Source: an uncultured virus (IMG/VR IMGVR_UViG_3300008259_000056)
Taxonomy: Duplodnaviria; Heunggongvirae; Uroviricota; Caudoviricetes
Virus record (IMG/VR): IMGVR_UViG_3300008259_000056
DNA length: 64,000 nt
Direction: 5' to 3' (one strand)
Of this stretch, positions 1 through 11,494 are shown one piece after another. Within the stretch, counting starts at the first letter, position 1. Every line of letters starts with the position of its first letter. The notes beneath the pieces are model-generated. The model did no database searches. It worked only from the letters and a program-made list of their open reading frames with translations, and was not told where the DNA came from. Position numbers and translations under genes: made by a program.

Positions 1-2
1 TT

Positions 3-521
3 AATAATGTTATTGGTGTGTTCTTTAAATCTAATTTGCAGGCTAGAGATTATATCACACCTAAAAGAAATATTTATTCGGGTATAGGTCCTTTTAGTAC
101 AATAAATTGTGCTCTTGAAGACATTCCTGTTTTTAGTCAAAGAGTACCATTCTACATGTGGTCTATTGCGAATAAACCAACAATATTTGGAGGACAAATA
201 AATAATTGGGATACCAATTTAAATTTTTCAACTGAATTATTTTCTCACAGATATCAAGACTTAGATAGATTATTACAATCGTCTAGATATTTTAGACCTA
301 ATAATTTTAACCAAACTGATTATTTTAAAGGATATATATATGCGGTGAATTCTTCAGGTAACATTGACGCTGATGTCTCTTATTGGTACAAACCAACGGC
401 ACCTCAACAATCAATTTTAATGGGAGCTCCTTTTTATTTTTATTTTGGTTTAAGACAAGGTAGAACGGCCTTTGATAAATTTGCAGAATCTTGGGTAGAT
501 TTTGATGATATAACATATTAA
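3..521 (+). CDS. Phage structural protein, C-terminal part (5' truncated by window)
   Basis: Frame open from position 3; stop overlaps next start (TAATG); first of a tightly coupled run of Y/F/N/T-rich virion-type ORFs. Confidence 0.6.
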   Translation, partial: NNVIGVFFKSNLQARDYITPKRNIYSGIGPFSTINCALEDIPVFSQRVPFYMWSIANKPTIFGGQINNWDTNLNFSTELFSHRYQDLDRLLQSSRYFRPNNFNQTDYFKGYIYAVNSSGNIDADVSYWYKPTAPQQSILMGAPFYFYFGLRQGRTAFDKFAESWVDFDDITY

Positions 522-2332
522 TGAGTAGTAGAATAGAAGATAGAGTAGTATTGGGGTCTTTAAGGTACAAGTCAGCACCTAATAGCAACTTATTATTTCA
601 AGTACCGTTAGTACAGACGGTTAAAGAAAATATTGAATTTGATAGAACTATCAATTTTGATTTACAACAGTTATATGATGACGAAAGACAAAGGTCAACA
701 ATATTCAGACCTATCGCTAAATTATCATTATTGTTTGATAACAAATATTCTGGTGTTACATCATATTATCCATATAAATCATCATTGTATTATGAAAATG
801 TACAATCATTAGTTACGAATATTTGTACATTAAGCTCAATAAGTCTTTATTCGGGATATCCTCAATATTATGAATTTGATTTTATGAGGATTGATAATGA
901 TATCTCAGGTTATACTTCTCCTGATGTTACCAATAACATACATAAATTTTTTATTAATAAAAGTGCTGACACATATAATTGGTCCATTAACATGAGTTAT
1001 GCGTATGATAACATTAAAAATAAACAAATGTCCGCATTTGATAAAGATTCTAACACTACTTTAAATTGGGTGGCATCTGATGGAATACCATTTGTTGTTT
1101 ATAGAACCATGGACCAAAATCAGACAGTTATTTCATTTAGGTGTCCTATAACTCACGGACTTTCAGTTGGGGAATATGTTAAATTAAGTATTGATTATTT
1201 AGGTCAAGATACGTTCCAAGTATATTCGTTAGGTGACCCATACTATGGGACTGATGAATATATTTTTAATATTTATGATATTGGATTTACAGGTACCACA
1301 TTTGTAAGTGGTGTGACGGGTACTTTTAAAAGAATAATTGATATTAATAATAGTGGTGATACTATTTCGGAATATTATGTTAGAAGACATAAAATTTTAA
1401 CTGAAAGTGATGATTTAGTATTAGGTAAATCAGGATTTGAGCAACAGATATTTAAACAACAAAAAAAGAATGAAAGGGCAACCTATACACCAAATAAACA
1501 AAGTAGAATATCATTAAAAAATGGTAATACTGTGTATACGGCCTCATTTAATGAAGACATTGACATTTCATCATTAAGAGATAATCAAAATAGACCCTTA
1601 AGTGAATTATTTTACACTATAGTGTGGAAAGGTTATATGGGTTGGACTTTTGGTTTGTTAAGACCTGGTGGTGGTTATTATGGATTAAAACAAGGATGGG
1701 AATTTAATATACAACCATTAAGTACCAACCCTAACGCACCTAATAATTGGTGGGCTAATTCTAACACGAATTCAGATGCGGGATTTTCGGTTTTAAATTA
1801 TACAACTACATTAGGAATACCTGGAAAACCATTTACATATATAAGACCAGTACAAAAGGGAGATATAGTTTTAGGAGATTACTGTGAGTGGAATAACTCG
1901 GAACAAACTGAAAGAGTTATTTCTGATTTATATCATAAATTTAGGTTTAATCCTTATTATTTTAATATTGGACTAACTCCTGACTCAAACCCATTTGGTG
2001 ATAATTGTCGTGGTTACTATTATAAGCCACACTATCCTTTAAAAATAAGGGCGTTCTCTAATTATCTTGAAGAAGCTGATAGCCAAAATGTTGTAGGTAT
2101 ACCTGATTATGCTTATTACTCTACGACAGTTAACCAATTTATTTGGAGGGATTTATACCCATATGGGTTTATTGACACTGAAAATGTTGGGGTTAATTAT
2201 CCATATTTAAATAACGCCCACTACCCATATAGAGATATTATTTTCAGATTAATTAGTGAAGGGGATACTTATGATTATGGGATAACAAATAATACCGTAG
2301 TTGCGGAACCAACTGTTGACGATTGTGAATAA
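521..2332 (+). CDS. Putative virion structural (baseplate/tail region) protein
   Basis: 603 aa ORF, translationally coupled, in structural cluster; no catalytic motif seen. Confidence 0.55.
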   Translation: MSSRIEDRVVLGSLRYKSAPNSNLLFQVPLVQTVKENIEFDRTINFDLQQLYDDERQRSTIFRPIAKLSLLFDNKYSGVTSYYPYKSSLYYENVQSLVTNICTLSSISLYSGYPQYYEFDFMRIDNDISGYTSPDVTNNIHKFFINKSADTYNWSINMSYAYDNIKNKQMSAFDKDSNTTLNWVASDGIPFVVYRTMDQNQTVISFRCPITHGLSVGEYVKLSIDYLGQDTFQVYSLGDPYYGTDEYIFNIYDIGFTGTTFVSGVTGTFKRIIDINNSGDTISEYYVRRHKILTESDDLVLGKSGFEQQIFKQQKKNERATYTPNKQSRISLKNGNTVYTASFNEDIDISSLRDNQNRPLSELFYTIVWKGYMGWTFGLLRPGGGYYGLKQGWEFNIQPLSTNPNAPNNWWANSNTNSDAGFSVLNYTTTLGIPGKPFTYIRPVQKGDIVLGDYCEWNNSEQTERVISDLYHKFRFNPYYFNIGLTPDSNPFGDNCRGYYYKPHYPLKIRAFSNYLEEADSQNVVGIPDYAYYSTTVNQFIWRDLYPYGFIDTENVGVNYPYLNNAHYPYRDIIFRLISEGDTYDYGITNNTVVAEPTVDDCE

Positions 2333-3140
2333 TAAATATAAATTTACTGTACCAGGGACTAATCAAAGTATATCTATTCCCATAGAAATCCAATGGGATT
2401 TTTTAGGGAGAGACGATAGTATTGATGTATATCAAGAAGATGTATTAAGAGTTATTGCGGGTTTACCTGAAGACTTTGAGGTTTTAAGGTTTGCTCATGA
2501 CTCTTATACTAATAAAGAAATAACTTTGATAGATTATGAGTTTTATTTTTATTCTGGAGTCCCATCAAACGTTACCGCATCAACAATAACTGATTGGGGA
2601 AATAGTTATATATCTGAAGGATTTACAGGTCAAGAGTTATATTACAAAGCAAAACCTTTTATTAAATCATTCTTCAAATTAGATTTTTATGATACGACCG
2701 ATAGTGTAAAACAAGTTAATTGCTTCACAATAATTTTACCTGCTTATAATGGTATTTTTGAAAAAATAAATATATCACCAACACTAACAAATGTTAATGT
2801 TGATAAACCTAAATTCTTATTAGATTATATACCATCACCAAGTAAACCGTCAAAAAAAGAAGGGTTTTTTATTTATTGGTTAAAATCAAAAACATTTGTG
2901 GATTTAGATACTTTTTATATGAGTGTTAAATTTTTTGATGCTAAGCAAGGTGTTTATGTAAGAATGATGACAGTTCCACAATCTTCACTACCTAATAAAT
3001 TTGTATTTAATAATGATGATTATTTCTATAATAAAGTAGTCCTAAATTATAATACTAAAACGTATATGATTTATGATTATTTAGGAACTAGAGTGGGTGT
3101 TGGTAACCCAATAAAATGGTATGAATATGTTAACCCATAA
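2325..3140 (+). CDS. Putative virion structural protein
   Basis: GTG at 2325 overlapping the previous stop is a likelier start than 2301; coupled to neighbours. Confidence 0.5.
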   Translation: MNNKYKFTVPGTNQSISIPIEIQWDFLGRDDSIDVYQEDVLRVIAGLPEDFEVLRFAHDSYTNKEITLIDYEFYFYSGVPSNVTASTITDWGNSYISEGFTGQELYYKAKPFIKSFFKLDFYDTTDSVKQVNCFTIILPAYNGIFEKINISPTLTNVNVDKPKFLLDYIPSPSKPSKKEGFFIYWLKSKTFVDLDTFYMSVKFFDAKQGVYVRMMTVPQSSLPNKFVFNNDDYFYNKVVLNYNTKTYMIYDYLGTRVGVGNPIKWYEYVNP

Positions 3141-4312
3141 TGGATGATAGAATATATAATATAAGAATATCCCCTGAAGTAATTAATGGAGATATATTCT
3201 TAGTTAATTTTACTGGTGACTCTTATAATGAAGAATTTGATATTGAGATTTGTTGTGACATTTTCACAAGTGCTGTAACTAAGTATTACACAGGTCAAAC
3301 CTATGTGTATTCGTCAATGACTGAAATACTTTCAGGAGGTACAAATGGAACTTCATTATTAACAGGGTTAACCATCCCAATATTTTTATCTGAAACTTGT
3401 ATAGATATTGGGTATTATTCAACGTTTGATGGAGCTGTTTTACAGAAAGATGTAATGACTAATTTTTTATTTTCATCAACAACTCTAAATCCATATGAGT
3501 ATTATTTTTATAATACATCTGATATTAACTCATTAAATTACTTACAGTTTTCCGATTATAAAGTAGATTGGGGTGATGGAACACCAGCTCAAACGGTTAG
3601 TTTTACTGCACCATTTTTCCAATCACATACGTATGTCCAAAGTGGAGATTATACTATATCTATGTCAGGTATGAGTCCTTGGGGATATAACATTGTGAAA
3701 AAAGATATTACAGTACCTTATACAAATGTAACAATCACAAATCCAAACGGGACTGCTTATTTTGTTCCTGCAGGTGGAAATTGGTCCGCAACTCCAATTA
3801 TGTATGATTATATTTTTAGTGGTGATTCTAATTGTGACTTAGACGTTTATAATTTTTCGGCAACACCAATAACAGTTACAGGTTACACAACATCAAATGT
3901 TAATGGGTTACAAGTTTATGGACCCAAATATAATTTATTTGGGGGTAATTTTAAATTAGGGGTCCAAGTAACGGGAACATCTGGAAATATTGGGACATAT
4001 TGGGGACCTGACCCATCAAATACTTACACCGCCTATACAATTAATGACATTGACTATTATGATTATAACGATGGAACTACAATATTCATTGTTCAAACAT
4101 CGGGAATAACATCAGATATGTTAGTTTGTTCAGCATTAACAAAAAATGAAGTATTATTAAACGTTATTGATGAAGCAGAAGTACAAACTGATGTATTTAT
4201 TGATAGAGGAAAAGTAAGTGCTTACGAAAGAGTACAAAGATTAAATGAAGTTGATAATATTGGTGAACTTACTAATTACGGATATAAGTTCTTCAATATT
4301 GTAAAATATTAA
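3140..4312 (+). CDS. Structural protein with PKD (Ig-like) domain
   Basis: YKVDWGDGT...SHTYVQSGDYTISM is the PKD signature. Confidence 0.65.
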   Translation: MDDRIYNIRISPEVINGDIFLVNFTGDSYNEEFDIEICCDIFTSAVTKYYTGQTYVYSSMTEILSGGTNGTSLLTGLTIPIFLSETCIDIGYYSTFDGAVLQKDVMTNFLFSSTTLNPYEYYFYNTSDINSLNYLQFSDYKVDWGDGTPAQTVSFTAPFFQSHTYVQSGDYTISMSGMSPWGYNIVKKDITVPYTNVTITNPNGTAYFVPAGGNWSATPIMYDYIFSGDSNCDLDVYNFSATPITVTGYTTSNVNGLQVYGPKYNLFGGNFKLGVQVTGTSGNIGTYWGPDPSNTYTAYTINDIDYYDYNDGTTIFIVQTSGITSDMLVCSALTKNEVLLNVIDEAEVQTDVFIDRGKVSAYERVQRLNEVDNIGELTNYGYKFFNIVKY

Positions 4313-4342
4313 ATAAAAATAATAAATTAATAACTAAATAAA

Positions 4343-5251
4343 ATGGCAACTGGCGTTTACGGTACTATAAGACCCGCAGATGTTTCACCTGAAGATGTTG
4401 AGATAATTTTAAATTATACCCCATCTAGAGATGAGACAAACAATTTTCTATTAACAAAATTGGATGCACCATCAATACTTAAACCGTATTTTAATAATGC
4501 TGACACTGGTGGTAATGCTAATGTTGAATTGTTAGGGGGTTTATATAATTTAACATTACCTTCCGATGTCTTTAATAGAATAGGTATATATACCCTTTAT
4601 ATAAGACCTGCTCAAATTAGAACTACAATTTTGGATTGTGGTGTTTTATCCGCACTACCTAATGTTAAAGGTATAGTAATTGATTTAAATGCGGTTCCAA
4701 CTAACTATAGAAATAAATTTGTTAATCAAGGATTAGTTGGTTTTAGAGTTGAGTATTTAAATTCTGATGGTACAAAAGTACCTAATTTTTTTAGATTAAT
4801 TACCTCATCATTCTTTTGTGAGCCTGTGGTTCAAAATTTAACAAATACATCACAAAAAGCGATACGATACAGATATACCGATAGTAATACTAATTTAATA
4901 TTTTGCACTTTATCACCATCATCGGCACCCACAAATAAACCAAATGCCACTCCATACATTGGGCAACCTGACCAAGATATTATTATAACTAATACATTTT
5001 TTAATCCAATAACTTTAGACATTGAATTGGCGGAACACGATTTCTCAACATTGGCAATTGCTCTTTATGGTAACCAAACTAAGTCAATGGATGACGGGAT
5101 TTACACTGTTTACGACAGTAATAACAATATCTACAAACAATACAATCTTTATGAAATTAGAGACCAATTTAATAACCTATTGTATGAAGTTAGAGAAGAT
5201 AGAGGTAATAACATTGATTTTAGTAAAAACTTTACAAATATAACTGAATAA
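4343..5251 (+). CDS. Putative virion structural protein
   Basis: 302 aa ORF in structural cluster, coupled to next gene. Confidence 0.5.
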   Translation: MATGVYGTIRPADVSPEDVEIILNYTPSRDETNNFLLTKLDAPSILKPYFNNADTGGNANVELLGGLYNLTLPSDVFNRIGIYTLYIRPAQIRTTILDCGVLSALPNVKGIVIDLNAVPTNYRNKFVNQGLVGFRVEYLNSDGTKVPNFFRLITSSFFCEPVVQNLTNTSQKAIRYRYTDSNTNLIFCTLSPSSAPTNKPNATPYIGQPDQDIIITNTFFNPITLDIELAEHDFSTLAIALYGNQTKSMDDGIYTVYDSNNNIYKQYNLYEIRDQFNNLLYEVREDRGNNIDFSKNFTNITE

Positions 5252-8200
5252 TGGCGATTAAAAAATATACTTGCCCACCACAAAAAGCGTCAGGAGCGGG
5301 AACATTTTCCGATGAATTAGTTGGATTTCAGTTAGTGCAAGGTGGTGGGTTAACTCAAGGTAATTTTGAGTTCACAACATCGGTTACGGAAAAAGTTAAT
5401 AGAAATTTTAACACAGGAGTTTTCTCCAACCCCATCAATTTAGAAGGGTTAGGTGTGAATAGTATTGATGAATCTAAAGCTTTATTTGAAAACAATTTTA
5501 AAGTATATCCAAATTTTGATTTATCTCAGATTACTAATTTCACACTATATGGGTCAATGGTTAAAAGAATGTCAGTTTCTGTGGAAAAAATCATTAATTA
5601 TTTCCCTGGAGCTATAGAGTCTAATTTTTTAGGTAAAGATTATACTACAGGACCAAGTGCTACTAATATAATATATAACCCTCAATTTGATGAAACTAGT
5701 TTTGATTTATCAATTTCAAAAATAAGTAACCCATTTGGTGTTGATTTTAGTGTTAACGCCACAAGGAATATGGAACTAAATGAAGTTGAAGTTTCCGAGT
5801 TAAGGAATATGACAACTCAATATGGTAAGTATTCATTGTATCTTAACGATAACGGGTATTCCGTAAAAAGAATTGTATCAACAACATCATTGACATCTGG
5901 GATATTAACTATTGTTGTTGAGGGTAACCCATTTTCGGGTGAATCAACCACCAATCAAACTTTAATTATTAGACCTAATGATTTAGAAGTTAATAAAGTT
6001 TTAAATGAATCGTTAGATGAGGTTGAAGATTTTTTACTGAATAGAAATGTAAACCCAAAATATACTGCAACATTCAAGATACCTAAAGTAGGTGATGATG
6101 GAACATATTATACCGAGTATCAAAATTTAACTTGGCCTTTATTAGGTAAGTGGAACTTAGATATCATAACGGGGGCATTCACTAATTACTTAAATAAATT
6201 AAACGAGGTAAGTATATCATTTGACGAATATAAGACAAATTTAATTTCACGGTTCTTAACCACAGGGGCCTTCAATGAGTTTGATACCATTGGTAGAAAA
6301 GTTGAGAAAGTACTACAAATTTATGGTAGAAGTTTTGATGAAACAAAAAAGTTTATTGATGCGTTAGCATATATTAATTCTGTTAATTACAATGTTGGTA
6401 ATGACATACCGTCACAACTTTTAAAAAATTTAGCACAAACATTAGGATGGAGAACAAATATCTCACCAATATCTAATGAGGAATTATTAAATTCTGTTTT
6501 TGGTCAAAAAAATACTGATAAGTCGGCATTTAGTGGTGTTGATAGTGTAATGACACCTGATGAATTAAACTATCAATATTATAGAAACTTAGTTTTAAAT
6601 TCGGCTTACCTATTTAAATCCAAAGGTACTAGAAAATCAATTGAAACTTTATTAACACTAATTGGTGCACCTGAAGCGTTGGTTGAATTTAATGAGTATG
6701 TGTATTTAGCAGACCAAAAAATTAATATGACTCAGTTTGATTCATACTATGCTCAAATATCGGGAGGTACGTATGTTCAAAATACGCCAGCATTAGACCC
6801 AAGTTATTTGTACTCTATAATGGGGGTTACGTATACAGGGTTCACAACTCAAGTCACGTTGCAAGATGTTAATATTGGTAGAGAAGAATATCCGATAGAT
6901 GATAACGGTTTCCCATCGGCACCTGAAGATACGGAAGATTATTTTTTCCAAATAGGTAGTGGATGGTTTGAACAAACACCTCAACACAGGGCGTTAGAAC
7001 AAGTTGATTTAACTAATAGCGTGTTTACTGGGTCCAACCCTAATTACCAAACGGTTTTAGAACCGTATTCATATGGACAAGTTTATTTAAATAGATTCCG
7101 TGAGTTTCCGTTCATGGATATCGGGTTTAGATTAAGACCAACTATTGATAATAATAAAAGTTGGACTGATAGAGAAATTGGTTTAAGAAGTAATTTAGAT
7201 GGTAATTATAATGCAAGATATTTTACTAGTGATGATAAGTTAGTATTAAATGTTAAAAACGTTGATTTATTTTTAAATCCTGCCCAAGGAATCGCATACG
7301 ACATATGGTATATGTCAAGACAATATAATTTCCCAATACCTAATGAAGGGTTAAATTATGTACCACAAATTAGTCAATTTTACAGTATTAGCTCAATATA
7401 CCAACCAGGTTCTGTTGATATAACTTATAGTGCTTCTACTATCATACCACCATTGTTTGATATAACATTTAATTTTACAAATGTTTTAGGTACAATAAGT
7501 GGTGACGTAAGTGTAACTACAGGTATAACAATTTCGGCGGGTAGTACAACAGGTGTTACTAATGTAATATTACCTGATGATTATAGTGGGTTAACATTGA
7601 CCAGTACGTTTACAAATATAAATGCAAATCCTAGTGAAATTTCATATGGACTTAGTGTTGTACCGTCATTCATTTCGGGTACAAGTGAAACGGTATTACC
7701 AACGCAATTTTACACTGTTTCACCGATAAACATTTACCCTAATAAAGGAGGTATTGATTGGACCGAAATAAATCCACAGCCAAAAATACAAACATTTTTT
7801 GAGTTCGCTCAAACTTTTTGGACTAATACCATTAATGTTAGAGATAGACAATTCAACTCAACTAGAACTGGAGGTTACCCAACATTAGGTTCTATTTTTT
7901 GGAGGTATTTAGAATCTGAAGGCAGAATTGGTGTAAAGAACGATAATTTTTCATACAAAACAATGATAGAATATGTCAATGGTCTTGGTGATTATTGGAT
8001 TAGACTTGTTGAACAAATGATACCTGCGACAACCATATGGAATACAGGTGTTAAATATGAGAATTCAATCTTCCATAGACAAAAATTTGTATGGAGAAGA
8101 CAAAGAGGATGTGAAATCATTCCTGTACCTTGTAAACCTTGTGAATTAACGACAAATATATTTCCTGTTGATTGTCCTGTACAATCTACTGAATGTCCTG

Positions 8201-8607
8201 TTTATCCTTGGGATACAAATCCACAAATACAACAATTTAGTGGTGTTTTGGCTTATTTATTAAATCAATATTTGACCGCCAACGGTTATACATTAAATGA
8301 TTGTTTAATAAATTCATTAAACTCAAGTTGGTTTGTTGATATTAGAATAAATGATGTGGTAATTGTTCAAACACCATTCTTTAATGGGGTGGGATTAACA
8401 GTACCTAATATTAGTTATCCGACTACAACTACGGCTTGGTTATCAGGATTAACTGATTCATTAGAATCTTTAAAAATCTATGGATATGATTATTATTTTA
8501 CAACTGAAGATACTGTTGTTGTATTTAATAATATTTGTTCTGAAGATGATGATGGTGTTAATTTAAAAATTAATGTCGGAATAAATTTTAATATATTATG
8601 TAATTAA
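5251..8607 (+). CDS. Baseplate wedge-like protein (P2 gpI / T4 gp7-type motif)
   Basis: LLKNLAQTLGW ... YLFKSKGTRKSIETLL matches the KGT motif of contractile-tail wedge proteins; Cys-rich C-terminus. Confidence 0.55.
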   Translation: MAIKKYTCPPQKASGAGTFSDELVGFQLVQGGGLTQGNFEFTTSVTEKVNRNFNTGVFSNPINLEGLGVNSIDESKALFENNFKVYPNFDLSQITNFTLYGSMVKRMSVSVEKIINYFPGAIESNFLGKDYTTGPSATNIIYNPQFDETSFDLSISKISNPFGVDFSVNATRNMELNEVEVSELRNMTTQYGKYSLYLNDNGYSVKRIVSTTSLTSGILTIVVEGNPFSGESTTNQTLIIRPNDLEVNKVLNESLDEVEDFLLNRNVNPKYTATFKIPKVGDDGTYYTEYQNLTWPLLGKWNLDIITGAFTNYLNKLNEVSISFDEYKTNLISRFLTTGAFNEFDTIGRKVEKVLQIYGRSFDETKKFIDALAYINSVNYNVGNDIPSQLLKNLAQTLGWRTNISPISNEELLNSVFGQKNTDKSAFSGVDSVMTPDELNYQYYRNLVLNSAYLFKSKGTRKSIETLLTLIGAPEALVEFNEYVYLADQKINMTQFDSYYAQISGGTYVQNTPALDPSYLYSIMGVTYTGFTTQVTLQDVNIGREEYPIDDNGFPSAPEDTEDYFFQIGSGWFEQTPQHRALEQVDLTNSVFTGSNPNYQTVLEPYSYGQVYLNRFREFPFMDIGFRLRPTIDNNKSWTDREIGLRSNLDGNYNARYFTSDDKLVLNVKNVDLFLNPAQGIAYDIWYMSRQYNFPIPNEGLNYVPQISQFYSISSIYQPGSVDITYSASTIIPPLFDITFNFTNVLGTISGDVSVTTGITISAGSTTGVTNVILPDDYSGLTLTSTFTNINANPSEISYGLSVVPSFISGTSETVLPTQFYTVSPINIYPNKGGIDWTEINPQPKIQTFFEFAQTFWTNTINVRDRQFNSTRTGGYPTLGSIFWRYLESEGRIGVKNDNFSYKTMIEYVNGLGDYWIRLVEQMIPATTIWNTGVKYENSIFHRQKFVWRRQRGCEIIPVPCKPCELTTNIFPVDCPVQSTECPVYPWDTNPQIQQFSGVLAYLLNQYLTANGYTLNDCLINSLNSSWFVDIRINDVVIVQTPFFNGVGLTVPNISYPTTTTAWLSGLTDSLESLKIYGYDYYFTTEDTVVVFNNICSEDDDGVNLKINVGINFNILCN

Positions 8608-11483
8608 TGTCTTGTCCTTTATCATATAGTTTAAATATAACAGGTGATTGTTCTAATATAAATGTTGGGACTTTTGAACTTAGTATTCTTGGTACGGCAC
8701 CTGATTATACAATACAATGGATTAGTCCTGCATCTTATGGTACAATTGCTTTAGGACCTGGGGTTACAACATATAGTGAGAGTGGATTATCTGCCGCGAC
8801 TTACACATTTAATATTATAGATAGTTGTGAACCTAATACAGTAGTTCCTGTTAATGTTTATATATCAAGTGGGACTTGTGTATCTATTGAATCGTTTGAA
8901 GATACTTTATGTGGTGAGAATAATGGTTCTTTAAGTGCTGTTACAAGTGGGTATTATGGGACAGCAACTTTTTCATTGTATGATTCTGTTTATGGTTTTA
9001 TAATGTCAGCATCAACCGCTGGTAATTCTTATCAGTTTACTAATTTATCCGCAAGTACATATTATGTAATTGCTAATGATGGTGGTGGTTGTACAGGTCA
9101 AAGTGAATCTGTTATAATTAAAGACTCAAGTACCATAGATTTTGGTTTTTATGTTGTTAATGATGCGGGATGTGCGGTTAATTCAGGTAAAATATTTATA
9201 ACAGGGTTAACGGGTAATCCTCCGTACACTTATTTATGGTCTAATGGTCAAACAACATCAAGTATTAGTGGATTAACCGCAGGGTTTTATAATGTTACGG
9301 TAACTGATAGTACAGGGTGTGCGGTTAATAAAGTAACTTCAGTTTCAGAAGTACCTAGTGTAGGTATTGCGTCTATTTTAACAACAGACCCATCTTGTTA
9401 TTCTTCGGATGGTGAAATTACTGTTATTGTTACGGGCGGTACTTCACCGTATAACTTCTCCGCCTCAACATTAGGTAATTACTTTACATTTGACACTGAA
9501 TACACATTTACTAATGTATCTAGTGGGAATTATAGTATATTAGTGACTGATGCGGGACTTTGTACTACAAGTGCAACAATAACGGTCACAACTCCAGGAG
9601 GATTTTCGGTTGTATCGTTTTCGTATTCTCCAACGGTATGTGGGGCATCTGGATATGTCACGATAGTATTGAATGGAGGGTCACCACCTTACAACTACAC
9701 TTTAAGTGAAACAGGTGGGCCAACTACAACGCAAACAACAAATAGTTCAACTTGGACCTTTAATAATTTATTCTACGGTGAATATACTTTAACAATATCT
9801 GACGATGGTCCTTGTGAATATAGTAATACCTTCACAATTGAGAATGATAATGCGTTTATTTTGTCAACAAGTGTTACAGGTACTACTTGTGGTGATGATA
9901 ATGGGATAATAACTGTTGAAGTTTCAGGAGGAACACCTTCTTACACATATACTTTAGATGGTAGTGAAATTGTTATTAGTCCTTTAAGTTCGGTAACTTT
10001 TACTAATCTAACATCAGGATTACATAGTATAAATGTTGTGGATGATAATGGGTGTACCCAAACAATATCGGCAAATGTGGCAACATCAAGTGATGTTGAT
10101 TTTATTTTAGTACCGACCGATGCTTTAGGGGGTAATAATGGTTCAGTAACAGCGTTAATAACTAGTGGAGAACCACCATTCACATTAACTTGGAGCCCAA
10201 ACGCTAGCGGACAAACAGGGTCAACTATAACGGGGTTAAGTGCTGGAACCTACTCATTGACTGTTGTTGATGACAATGGGTGTGAGTCAACTACGGAAGT
10301 TATAGTTAATGGTAATGTTTTATTATCATCTTATCAAGTTTATAGCGTTTGTGATTCTGACTTATTAAATTATGGTGAAATAATTTTAAAAGGACCTAAA
10401 CAGATGTTACTTGATGGGTTTTATAGTTTAAGTTCGGGGGATACAAATTGTATTTTGAATCAGGCTATATTTGAAGCATCCGTTACAGTTAGCGGAGTTA
10501 CCACAACCCAAACATTTTTTACGGGAGAAACTTTAAATGATTACCCAACTACCCAACAATGGAATGATGTTATTGGAAGTTTAATATTAGGGTATGATGG
10601 TATTGGTTCTGTTATTTTTGATATTGAAACTAATCAAATGACTATTTTAACTGATTGTAATTCCGAAATTTCATTAAATGATGCTAATATTATAATTAAT
10701 ATGATAATTCATTACGATATTTCGTGTGTCGCTTGTTATTGTCCCGTACCTGAATTTACCCCTATTAATTGTGAAATAACTGAAGAGTATTGTGAAACCG
10801 AAGAAACTAAAGTAATCTATGATATTAAATGGCCTTTATTTGGAATTGATTTATTAGACAATTTGGATATTATACCTACTAGATGTCAAGAGTTACCAAA
10901 TTATCCTGATTGCGGTGTTATTGAGAGTAAACAAATTGAGTTTAGAAATGCTAGAAATGCCTATTTGTCTTATATAAATAATTATCTTTTAGCCCTTTCA
11001 GTGGGTAGAATTAGTTATGCCCAATCCATTCCTGTTGTATTACCACCATCTAGATACGAGGGTGATTATTTTTACAATGGGCCTGAAAATGTTGGGTGGA
11101 CGCAATTCAAGGTAATACAAGGATGTAGTTGTAAAAAAATATTTGAGGAAAATGGTTTAGTTGGGCCTCAATATGACTTTGATATCGTATGGTTAACTGA
11201 AGTCCAATCATATGGTGATTTACCATTAACAGGTAATTTTGGTGAATTTTGTTTTGTTATAGACGATGGTGTTTTTTATAAATGGGACCCTAATACAAAT
11301 ACGTGGATTAATGAAAGTTCACCAATAATAGGTTATCCTGATATTGAAGATTGTGCTGCGGTACAAAGAGCTCAAAGAGATTATTATCTTTTATCATTAA
11401 ACCAACTTATGTTGGTTTGGAGGTCTTTTACTTGGTCGTCATTTCATATCCCATTATACCAAATTTTTAAATATAATAGTTAA
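8607..11483 (+). CDS. SprB-repeat adhesin-like virion protein
   Basis: Repeated units such as GNPPYTYLWSNG, GGTSPYNFS, GGTPSYTYTLDG, GLSAGTYSLTVVDDNGC resemble SprB repeats of flavobacterial adhesins. Confidence 0.7.
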   Translation: MSCPLSYSLNITGDCSNINVGTFELSILGTAPDYTIQWISPASYGTIALGPGVTTYSESGLSAATYTFNIIDSCEPNTVVPVNVYISSGTCVSIESFEDTLCGENNGSLSAVTSGYYGTATFSLYDSVYGFIMSASTAGNSYQFTNLSASTYYVIANDGGGCTGQSESVIIKDSSTIDFGFYVVNDAGCAVNSGKIFITGLTGNPPYTYLWSNGQTTSSISGLTAGFYNVTVTDSTGCAVNKVTSVSEVPSVGIASILTTDPSCYSSDGEITVIVTGGTSPYNFSASTLGNYFTFDTEYTFTNVSSGNYSILVTDAGLCTTSATITVTTPGGFSVVSFSYSPTVCGASGYVTIVLNGGSPPYNYTLSETGGPTTTQTTNSSTWTFNNLFYGEYTLTISDDGPCEYSNTFTIENDNAFILSTSVTGTTCGDDNGIITVEVSGGTPSYTYTLDGSEIVISPLSSVTFTNLTSGLHSINVVDDNGCTQTISANVATSSDVDFILVPTDALGGNNGSVTALITSGEPPFTLTWSPNASGQTGSTITGLSAGTYSLTVVDDNGCESTTEVIVNGNVLLSSYQVYSVCDSDLLNYGEIILKGPKQMLLDGFYSLSSGDTNCILNQAIFEASVTVSGVTTTQTFFTGETLNDYPTTQQWNDVIGSLILGYDGIGSVIFDIETNQMTILTDCNSEISLNDANIIINMIIHYDISCVACYCPVPEFTPINCEITEEYCETEETKVIYDIKWPLFGIDLLDNLDIIPTRCQELPNYPDCGVIESKQIEFRNARNAYLSYINNYLLALSVGRISYAQSIPVVLPPSRYEGDYFYNGPENVGWTQFKVIQGCSCKKIFEENGLVGPQYDFDIVWLTEVQSYGDLPLTGNFGEFCFVIDDGVFYKWDPNTNTWINESSPIIGYPDIEDCAAVQRAQRDYYLLSLNQLMLVWRSFTWSSFHIPLYQIFKYNS

Positions 11484-11494
11484 ATATAATTTAT